From Callorhinchus milii (taxonomy: Eukaryota), in assembly GCF_018977255.1 (NCBI RefSeq), contig NW_024704743.1, positions 55,554,001 to 55,618,000 of the forward strand: a DNA stretch of 64,000 nucleotides, written 5' to 3'. Below are positions 24,160 to 34,575 of the stretch, piece by piece (the stretch's first letter is position 1; every line of letters begins with the position of its first letter). The notes below the pieces were generated by a model that did no database searches, was not told the DNA's origin, and saw nothing but the letters and a program-made list of their open reading frames with translations. The position numbers and the translations under genes are program-made.

Positions 24160-26012
24160 GTTAGACCACGTAAAAACCTACCGCTCTGCTCTCGCATCCG
24201 TTAAATTGTCCTTCTAGTCCAAGATAATCTTGGAGGCCAAGGACAACCCCAAGCTCCTCTGCTCCACTATCAACCGGCTCCTCCGTCCACTCTCTCACGC
24301 CTCGTTCATCCTCTCCTCCAACTCCAACTGTGAAGAGATGCTGGATTTCCTCAAGACCAAAATCGAGGGGATCCGTTCAGCTACCTCTGCCCTTTCGACC
24401 GCCACCCCCTCCTCATTTCTCCCTCACACTCCAGCCCCCACCCATCCCTCCCTCCTCACTTTTGAACCTGTTTTTCCCTCCTCTCTTGCCACCACTATAA
24501 CCCACATGAAGCCCACCACCTTCTCCTTTGACTCCATCCCTACCCCTCTCCTTACATCCCAGCTCCACCGTCTCGCCCCTTTAATCTCAGACCTCATCAA
24601 CCTCTCACTGTCAACTGGCACTGTTCCCATTCCCCTAAAAATAGCCTTCATCACCCCTATCCTAAACAAACCTTCCCTGGACCAATCCCTACTGACAAAC
24701 TACTGCCCCATCTCCAACCTCCCTTTCTTTTCCAAGATCCTTGAAAGAGTTGTTACTTCCCAGCTTCACTCCTTCATGTCCTGCCACTCCCTTTACAAAT
24801 CCACAGCATGGAAACAGCTTTGGTCAAGGTGATAAATGATAATCTGTCCATCTGTGACCGGGGATCCCTCTGTCTCCTCGTCCTCTCTGCTGTCCACAAC
24901 ACTGTGGACCACTCTATCCTCCTCCACTGCCTCCCTCTACTTCAACCTTCAAGCTTCTGTCCTTGAATGGTTCAGTTCCTATCTCTCACACTGGTTCCAC
25001 TTTGTCTCCACAAATGGCTTCTCCTCTAGCCCCCCCCCACCGTCTTGTGCGGTGTTCCTCAGGGCTCTGTCCTCGATCCTCTTCTCTTCAACTTCCATGT
25101 GTTTGCGGATGACATCCAATTCTATCTCTCTGCCTCCACCCTCGACTCCAGGACTATTTATGTCCTCAAGTCCTAGATGAGAGCCAACTTTCTACAGTTG
25201 AACGTCTGCAAGACAGAGGCTCTCCTGATTGGCTCATGCCAGCACCTTCGCATCTCAGGCACTGGGAGCATCAACATCCACAGATGCACACTCCACCTCA
25301 CCAAGCCACTCAGGAACCTTGGCATCTTTTTCGACCCTCAAGTCTCCTTTCTCCCCACATCCATGCCATGACCCGCACTGCCTTCCCCCACCTCTGCAAC
25401 ACTGCCCGACTCCGCCACTGCCTCACCCCTCAGGCTGCCAAAATCCTCACACATGCCTTCATTACAATTAGGCTTGACAATGCCAACAGCCTGCCTGTCA
25501 GCGTTCCCAACTCTTCCCTCCACAAGCTGCAGATCAACCAGAACTCTGCAGCTTGTGTCCTCTCCTGCACCAGGCTCCGTGACCACATGACACCCAAGAT
25601 TGAGTTCAAAATCCTCGTCCTCACCTTCAAGTCCCTCCATGGCCTTGATCCTTCCTACCTCTCCGACCTGCTAACCCCAAATCAACCTGTCCGCACCCTC
25701 CACTCAGCAGGCTCTCGCCTACTCCATTTCCCCTGCCTGGCCCACCCCACCATAGGCAGTTGGGCCTTCAGCCTCTCTGCACCCCCTCTGGAACTCTATT
25801 CCACATTCCCTTTATCTCGCTCCTTCCCTTTCTTCTTTCAAGATCCGCCTCTTCAACCGTGCCTTCGGCCATCCTCCTACCCTCTCTGCCTTCCACTCTC
25901 CCTGATCTCAACCCCCACCCCTCCTCCCGCTCGGATCCTAATCCCTGACTGTTCAGCGCTTTGAGACGTCCTCCCGACGTAAAAGGAGCTTTACAAATGT
26001 AATTTTTATTGT
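24160..26012 (+). mobile_element. L2-clade LINE, 5'-truncated ORF2 (defective), ~1.85 kb
   Basis: NYCPISNLPFFSKILERVV, FADDIQ RT motif, NFLQLNVCKTEALLIG, IEFKILVLTFKSLHGLDPSYLSDLL; frameshifts and internal deletions; stem-loop tail at ~25955-26010. Confidence 0.93.
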
Positions 26013-26489
26013 GTTATATGCAAAACGTGACCTGACAATCCAACTTCTGGACTGCCAGGTCACTGCTGGCATCACGTCCTGTTACCTGCGCACTACTTGC
26101 AGGAAATGCCACAAACTACATTGACATGCATGCGATGAGCAAGAAACCCACTCATGTCGCTTCCTTTGGACGTGAAAGGCGCTACACAAATGTAGTTTTG
26201 TATTGTATTGATACAACATCAACTGTGTTTCCTATGCATAACGTGTTTGCTCAGGTGCAGCAAGTGACACCAATGGCACTTTCTGGCTATGGTGCGCTTG
26301 TACACAATGTACAGTAAGTGACCTCAAGGTTCACCTGATGACCTGGAAGTTGGCCATTGTTAGCTCGTCAGCCCCATAGGTTTTGTGTACTGTGCTTCCA
26401 TTCAGAAGTGAGACACCACTACACAATGGCGTTCTTTAATGGGGTTTCTTTGTACTATAAAAAGAGTCTGTTCATCTTTAAGAAGCATT

Positions 26490-26770
26490 TCAGAGGGGTC
26501 TGATAGAGTTATATCAAAGGTAAACCCAGAACAATAGTTTGATATGCCAAAGCAACAGGACAAAAGGGTGCAGGTTCACTGTTTTGAAATGCAAATATAG
26601 GACAGACACTCGGAAGTATTGCTTTACACAAAGGTTAATCAAACTGAGGTGGGTTACTAGGAAGAGAGTAGACATTGGGATAATGGATTCAGTTGAAAAC
26701 AGTTCAAGGAAGACAGTAGAGTGGGTATTCTGGATATCAAAATGGCCAAAGGGCCTTTTTCACCTCTACT
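26490..26770 (+). mobile_element. Old CR1-like 3' fragment
   Basis: RTDTRKYCFTQRLI motif and a GGCCAAAGGGCCT terminus. Confidence 0.55.
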
Positions 26771-29700
26771 TCTCAAGTGATCACATTTCAATTCCAGCTC
26801 GCACTTCATTCACAAGTAATGTTTCTCCCACAGTAACTTTCCTGTGATACATTTACAATGAACCATGATTATAATTTTGGCAAATTTATTTTTCTGTCTT
26901 TTTTTTGCTGGAATTAAATAAACTAAGATATTTAAGCAAACATTATGTGATTTTTCTTTCCCTCTCCATCTTTCTTGAGGTCTGTGACTCAAGCTGGGAT
27001 ATGGTTCCATGAGTTTCAATAGGCCTTCTGGTAACTCATCTAAGTGCCTGTTTTATGTATGAACATACACTGCAAACAGTGAGTGTTAGCAGACAAGATG
27101 ACCACAGGGGCTTATCATAACTGACCACAGATCCTGTCCTCATCGACATCCACATGTGTACTTTCCAGCCGAGGTCACTGGATATCAATCAGGAGCAGGG
27201 GCCCTGACTAATTTCCCCTGTCTAATCCTGAGACACTAATTTAGTGCCCCCACTCCCACCCTGTCTGAATTCTACAAACACAGCAAACACTGGGCTTTTA
27301 ATCAGGGATCTTCAAATCACACCACAAAATACTTTTATACTTTGAGCTTTCAACACCCCCAGGAGTTATTTTTCAAGCACTCTGGGTTGCTACCCTGCAT
27401 GAGGGGTGCTGTATAATAATCCTTGCATTTGATATAGAGCCCTATCTTGTCTTCAAGACGTCTCAGAGCACTTCACAGAATACATTGTAAAGTGAATTGA
27501 CTATATTTTGTGGGCTAATAAATGCAAGTTGTTGGATTTTTAATTGACCAGACAATTTTTTTTCTTACAAATTCACAAACTTTTTTTAGTTGTCCATCTC
27601 AATGTTTTTGAGTGCTGGAGGGTGACTGAAATTGTAGTAACAGCTTGTGATGTACTCATATAGCTTTTTATAAAAATATATATGAAAGAAACTTCCTTAC
27701 CCCAGCTACCCCCCTCAAAAACATAGACTGAAAACATTAGGCAGTGATTGTTATTTTGTTCTACCTGTTTCATGGTTACCAAAGAGGTTTATGATTTCAC
27801 AGTCATTTGTTCAAAAAAGTAGCCTAAGGCTATAGTTCCTTGCAGAAATGACTATGGGTTTCCGGTACTGTATTGTCCTATGGTATCAATGTAATTTCCA
27901 TGATAACATTTATATACACACCTTTCTAAGTGGTATTCATTAAACAAACAACGAAGAGAAAGAATTAATCCTGGTAAGTAAAGGCTCTAGGTAATGCCAC
28001 TATTTTATAGATGTGATTTTCTATAGTGTTTCAAAATATTTTTTTCTATGGAGAACAAATTGCACTTAGCACACTGAAACTAACAGTTGGGCTGCAAACT
28101 GTTGGTTGCCCCACCTTTGGCAGATAAAATAACAGTCTATAATTGAATCCCTTCTAGGTATATCTGAAAGCAGATACCTTCAATTAGGTTTGGCGAGTCA
28201 TCTAGAGATAGCTTATTTTGAGAAACTCAGTGTCTCAGGAATCAAGGAGCCCCAGCCTATTGATAATGATGCTCACCTAGTCATTCAAACTTTGAAATTG
28301 AGCTGTCCAAATGAACCCAATGTTACAGTACCCCGAGGCCTCTAAGTTGCCAAATTCCCTTTATTCTTCATTGAACTACCCCATCCCTCAAAAGAATAGT
28401 TTCCTTGCGATGTAGTGTATTCAGTTCATTTGAATGCCATCAATCTGCTACCCATGTTGACAATTATAGACTGTTATTTTATCTGCCCATTAGATTTCTC
28501 ACCAACAGTTTGCAGCCCAAGGTATTCAATGCTGTTAGTTTCAGTGTGCTATCTTGATGGTCCATCAACATTCTGAGTGCAATTTGTTCTCCATAGAAAA
28601 AAATATTTTCTCAAAGTAAACTGTATGTGAAATTCTGGGTTACTTTGCACAGCCTTTGAAATCTCTGGACGCTGGGACCTGCTCCAAAGCTACTGACCCA
28701 GTTGCCCACCCCCAGTTCAGCAAACAACAGCTTGCTTCATGTCCCAAATTCTAATTTCCTCCACACCAATGTCAAAAAATTCATCTTATAATGTCCAACA
28801 GAAGGACTTTTTGTCTTGTGTCGGACCTGCCTTTAAAATATTAATGTACATTTACACATTAGTTACAGTTAGTCAAGTATAGTTTGCACAGAAAATTGCA
28901 AACGGTGCAAATTGAACAAGAATATTCTTGAAAATAATCCCTTAAGAGGTTTTAGAAGGGCCAACAGACCACCCAAGAACTTTTAAGAAATCATTTTTAA
29001 TGTTATTGAAAGACAGTCGGGCGACTGACTCTTTAATAACATTAAAAACTAATACCTAGTTTTTACACACAATCAGAACTCTTCTCAGGCCCCAGGCAAA
29101 GTGATTATGAGCAGGAAGTAATCAGACTTACTTCTTTTTATCACTGCTGGAAGCATTTTGCTTTGCTTCCAGCAGTGTAAACTGGGCATGAAATACAAAC
29201 AATTCAATCTATGTTCACGTAGTACTAGGAAATAATCCAGTTTTTTAAATGCTCTGTTTCAAAATTGTTAAAATAATAATGATTGACACTTATTTCACAT
29301 TGGGGGATAGGTCTTAAGGAAGGCTTTAAAATGGAAAGGTGGGTGCGTTGAGACGGAAGGACTCCCCTATGGAGTTCCAAACAGTGAGGCAGGATAGCTG
29401 AAAGTTTGCTCACTGATGGCAAAGCGGTTCGCTCAGGGGACATGAAGCAAGCTGTTGTTTGCTGAGCTGGGGGTGGGCAACTGGGTCAGTAGCTTTGGAG
29501 CAGGCTGTGCAAAGTAACCCAGTTGGTATAGATTCTATAGACCATCCAGAAATCCAATACTAGGGATCATTTTAGGGACCTGTACTGTATGCATGATGGG
29601 CAGGCAAGATTCAGTTTTGCTAGAATTCTGAACCTTTTTATGAAACAGGGTGATAACATGGGTAATAGATGGTGATAGATGGGCCAAATTTTCAAACAGC

Positions 29701-30895
29701 AAAAAGGCTGACTCAGGATTAAGTAAGCAAACAATCCAGGAAGTTAAATATTATGATGAGATTTTTATGTAAAACAGGGCATTTGTAATTGGTAAATAGC
29801 TAAAGGTTTAATTGATTATAATGCATATGCCATATGCTATCATTACACTATGTAGAATCATAGAAGGTTTGCAGCATAGAAAGTAGCCATTCAGCTCATT
29901 GTGTCTGTGTTTGGTGCTCACTCCCCAACTGCAATTATCTCCTCTAATCCTATTCCTCTATATTTGTTTATCCCTCTCCATCAGTTGCCAAGTCTTCAGT
30001 CACGACATCTCCAACCTCTGGAACACTCTTCAGCGATCTCTCTGCCACATCCCCTCTTTATCTATCTTCAATTCCCACTATTTCACTCACAAAATACAGT
30101 CAATCCACTTTACACTACATCCTGTGAAATGCTTTGAGACGTGTCAATGATGTGATAAGGCGCTATATCAAATGCAAGGATTATTATTACATATTCAACC
30201 TCCCCTTCCTCCTAGCTCAGCATTCACTCCCACCATTGTGTAACACTCAGAGGCATCATCGTAGGTGAAGGGGGCTATATAAATGCATGTTGTTGTTATC
30301 CAGTTCCTTTTTAAACGCTCACCTTCAACAGCATAGATGAGGAAGCCTTCTCCAAGTTGAGAAGATTTGCAAAGGGCAATTTCAGGACAGATACTAGTAA
30401 GTGTTTCTTTACTCACAAGGTAATTAACGACTGGAATAGGTTGCCCAGTAAGGATGGTCCTGGATAGGACACTGGACGCATTTGAAAAGCAGGTTGATGC
30501 TGCTGTGGGCAGATGGTCCAAACTAATCTCGAGAGGGCAAGATTCTTACAGTCATCAGGATGACTGACTCTGACCTTGCTCAAGGTCAGTCAGTCAGCAG
30601 GGTGGCTTGACTGTCCCAGCATAACTGCAATAGCAATAGGAAGGACCTGCAGCAAGACTGGTTAAGTTTAACACTGGCTTTTACCCCTACTTCAATTGTC
30701 ACTATAAACTTGTTTTATGGATCCACAAAAATGGGGATAAAGAACTGGTGACAGTATAGCAGCTTTCATTCAGCAGAGAGTGGGAGACAGTAGATGTAGG
30801 TTGAAGATCATCAGAGAAATGTATTGCAATATCTGCAGCAACATTTGATAATTCGAGGTGACTACCGGCCGCTGAAAAGAAGACAACAGTTTAGC

Positions 30896-31125
30896 AACCA
30901 CAGATAATAATAATAACCACAGATAATAATAATAACCACAGATAATAATAATAACCACAGATAATAATAATAACCACAGATAATAATAATAACCACAGAT
31001 AATAATAATAACCACAGATAATAATAATAACCACAGATAATAATAATAACCACAGATAATAATAATAACCACAGATAATAATAATAACCACAGATAATAA
31101 TAACGGATAATAATAATAATAATCA
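30896..31125. repeat. 19-bp AT-rich minisatellite x~11 (AACCACAGATAATAATAAT)
   Basis: Direct inspection; it directly abuts the CRPPA CpG island. Confidence 0.95.
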
Positions 31126-31159
31126 GATAAGAAAAAATTAGCATTGTAAATCTGAACCT

Positions 31160-31880
31160 AGACCCAGACCCCGGATGGAGGCCCCGGGGCTCGGGTTGCA
31201 GAGCGGTGCCCCGCACAAAGATGGCTCTGGTAACCGCACGAGGAGTGTGTGCGGCGCCGCGGTCCGAGGAGCAAAAGGGAAAGTAATTCAGATTAAAGGC
31301 AAAGGAGGTTATCGGTATCTCTGGTCCCCGGAGGCTTCGGGGGCGCCGGCCTTTAGCTCACAGCCCCTCACAGGGACAGGGCCGGTGCAGCGCGTCCCTC
31401 AGGCTTCTCCTCGGCTGTTCCCATGGAGGAGGAGGAGGAGGAGGCGGGAGCGGCCCAGAGCCTCGGGGCCGGAGCGGCTCCAACGTGGCTTGGCAACCGG
31501 CCTGGCCCGGGCGAGGAGAGGGCCGCGGCGAGCCGGGAGGTGGATTTCTGGGTGGGGGCCGTGCTGCCCGCGGGGGGGAGCGGGGAGAGACTGGGGGCGG
31601 CCACCCCCAAGCAGTTCTGCCGCCTCCTGAACACGCCGCTGGTCAGCCTGAGCCTCCGGGCGCTGCACAGGTGAGTGCGGCCCGCGGGCCGCAGCCCCCG
31701 CACCGCCGCCCACACGGCGTTCCCCGGCTCCATGGTTACCTCTGTGACGTCACAGTAGCGCTTCAGCCCGGGATCACACGGCGTTCCCCGGCTCCATGGT
31801 TACCTCTGTGACGTCACAATACCGCGGGGAGAACGTGTGTGTGATGTGACGGGTGTGAGCACTGCGCGCAGTGTCTCCTC
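31160..31880. promoter_or_regulatory. CRPPA: CpG island covering the CRPPA promoter and exon 1
   Basis: Abrupt GC- and CpG-rich segment in an AT-rich background; contains two TGACGTCA (CRE) palindromes at 31745 and 31809. Confidence 0.85.
31423..31670 (+). CDS. CRPPA: CRPPA/ISPD (CDP-L-ribitol pyrophosphorylase A) coding exon 1
   Basis: CCCATGG start; [20 protein letters not shown]spD nucleotide-binding motif; donor CAC AG|gtgagt (phase 2). Confidence 0.92.
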
Positions 31881-33604
31881 TCAACTTCCACGTTTCCCCC
31901 CCATAAAATGCACAGTCACTACACCTTCACGTGCACCCTCCAGCACCTTGGGACGTCCTCCCAATGTGCAAAGCGCTATACAAATGTAACTTGTTGTTGG
32001 AGCGCTTTAAGACGTCTTGAAGACGTGATAAGGTACTATTATCAAATGCAATAATTATTATTGTCAGATGTCACCGCTTGTACCTGTGGCTCAGTGTTCA
32101 GGAAGGTATGTCAGCAGCGGCCTCACGGCCAGGAAGTCCTTATTCTTTTCTGTTCCCCTTTAAGATAATATATTAACTATATTAATGGTTAATCATTTCT
32201 TTTGATGTAGCGCCTTAACACATTGTTGAAAAATCTCAAAGCATTTAGCAGTACTACTGTAAGGTGTAGTGACTGTATTTGTAGGCAAACGCAAGAGCAA
32301 TTTGCACAGCAGTGTCCAATGTCAAGAGCTCTGGTAGGCTACCCAGCGTGAAGGCTGCTATATAAAGCCGTAGTTGTTGCATATTTAATTTTTAATTTCC
32401 CAGACAATTATTTTTCTCTTACAAATTCACAAGCTTTTTTAAGTTGTCCATCTCAATGTTTTTGAGTGCTGGAGGATGACTGAAATTGTAGTATCAGCTT
32501 GTAATGTACTCTTATGGCTTTTTATAAATATATCTGAAAGAAACTTCCCTACTCCCCCCCAACCCAAATACTTTAGGCAGTGATTGTTATTTTGTTCTAC
32601 CTGTCTCATGGTTACCAAAGAGGTTTATGATTTCACAGTCATTTGCTCAGTGGACTTGCTGCATGTCCTCCAAACTTCGTGTATACTGTATTTCTTTTAA
32701 AACTGGTCCTAAGAATATTTTTTGAAAGAAAGCAAAACATCTCAGATCATGTGTCAGCCTGGCTCAGTTGGTATAGCTCTGTGTCCTCTGAATCAGAGAG
32801 TTGTAGGTTCAAAATGTAAAACAGAAACATCAGCTTTCTCCCTTATTGGATGAACAATGCATTGCTACTGAGCCACACAGACCAAGAAGGATTCTACCTT
32901 GCATCCTGTGCTTTATGACTGAATTAGTTAATTGATCTTAATTTGCCTCTGCTGCACTTGGGTATACATTTAATCAACTTGCTCTGCATGTTTTTGGTAG
33001 ATGTTCAGGTTTCCTCAAATTGTTTGCTTGAGTAAAGCCTTCCAGTCTATGGCTCTTAGCTCAGCCCTCATATCTCTGATATTTTCTCGTATAAAGCCGT
33101 ACACTAGAGTTTGGTTGTGTGCTTGTGCTTTTTGAAACCATATGGTATTGAGTTGTGGTCACTGTAGACTTTTACTCTATGAACGGTGTAGGGGTCACTG
33201 ACTGGAACTATGTCAAGGAAATAACTGCCCTTTATGGGCTTCCTGACACTGAATCAGGAAGCAATCATGTACTACATTGACAAGCTCATAATACTTACCA
33301 CTTGGACATTCGCTGTAATCTGAGTAAGGTTTACAATAAATAAACCTCAACATTATAATATGCTAAATCTTCTTGTTCTGATATCTAAGGTCATCTGAAA
33401 AAATTAGATTGTTGTAACTAGAACTGTGTTCTTCACTGTTTATCTTGTTTTTTTAATAAGATTGTTCCTATGTTATTCTCCCATTTGTTGCATAATCTGC
33501 TATTCCAAAGTCTAAACAACAACAACAAAATTAAATTTACAGAGTGCCTTTCATGTCGGGAGGACGTCCCAAGGCGCTAAAATTAAACATCTGCTGGTGC
33601 CTAC

Positions 33605-33940
33605 CCACTGGGTTCGATTCCCGGCAGGGCGAAATGTTCAGCAAGTTTTCTTACTCCACAAGCCTCTGTTTACCTAGCAGTAAATTGGAACCTGGTTATT
33701 AGTCGATTGGCGGATCGCTTTTCCAGGGGTAATAATTCTTTCAAAAAATATAAAACAATAATACTAATTTGGACATTCAATCCACAACTGTTTGTGGGAC
33801 ACTGCTGTGCGCAATTGACTGCTGACTTTCGCCCACAAAATATACAGTCAATTCACTTTACAGTATATTCTTTGAAGTGCTTTGAGACATCTCGAAGACA
33901 TGATAAGGTGCTATATCAAATGCAAGGATTATTATTCCTC
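33605..33940 (+). mobile_element. tRNA-Ala-derived SINE (5' truncated)
   Basis: GGGTTCGATTCCC B box; body and tail match the 52019-52345 copy. Confidence 0.8.
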
Positions 33941-33941
33941 T

Positions 33942-34575
33942 AATGAGGATTCAAACCCGTGATTGTCGGATGTTGAATGATCAACTAGTGACTATCCTCC
34001 TTCGGGGGGAGATAAGCGAGATCTCCTTGGGGCTGAACTGGCTCCAGGTGACATGCCTGGCAATGGAATGTCGGAATTGAGCCAAACCTCTGTGGTGGTC
34101 TTGATAGTGTGGTTCCTGAGCCAAGCAGATCCGCAGTATTCCAGGGCACTGCTGGTAATGGCACAGTTGGCCTGTCTTATTGGCAGGACTTGGAAGGCAG
34201 AACAGACACTGGAGCCAGGGAATCATCCCACTCAGCTCCTGTTAACCCTGCAAGCCCAAGCCCTAATGGGTTGGGTGGCTCTAGCTGGATAAGCAGCGGA
34301 AAAGCTTGCCAGACTATATTAATGGCAAGCTATGCATTAGCTGGTTAGACTCCAGCACACTCTGGGGGCCTCAATCCTTGGCTTTTGCCAAAGTGGGCCT
34401 AATACTTTCCAGAATTAGGTAAGCAGGATGTGTCTCTCCAGGGAGAGAGTGCCCATTCCATTGCAACAATCTATCTCTGGAAATTCCATGTGTAAGTGAG
34501 ATACCTGGAATTCTTAGTTTGGATACTCTTAAGCATGGTAATGGGTTCCCGCATCTGATTGACCCAACAATAATG
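33942..34575 (+). repeat. Unclassified ~630-bp interspersed repeat, copy 1
   Basis: Colinear with the reverse complement of 59790-60375; partial copies at 37265-37430, 43455-43995 and 52355-53625. Confidence 0.8.

Noticed and set aside
24230..25964. Intact reverse-transcriptase gene or novel RT system
   Set aside because: Frameshifts, deletions and 5' truncation; an ordinary dead L2 LINE copy.
30770..31216. Hydrophobic repetitive membrane-protein-like ORFs
   Set aside because: Antisense translation of the 19-bp AT-rich minisatellite.
31175..31811. Alternative overlapping ORFs in the CRPPA CpG island
   Set aside because: GC-rich stop-poor sequence; only the 31423 frame has IspD motifs and a phase-compatible donor. 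The 31175 ATG would be a uORF only if the TSS lies upstream, which is unknown.
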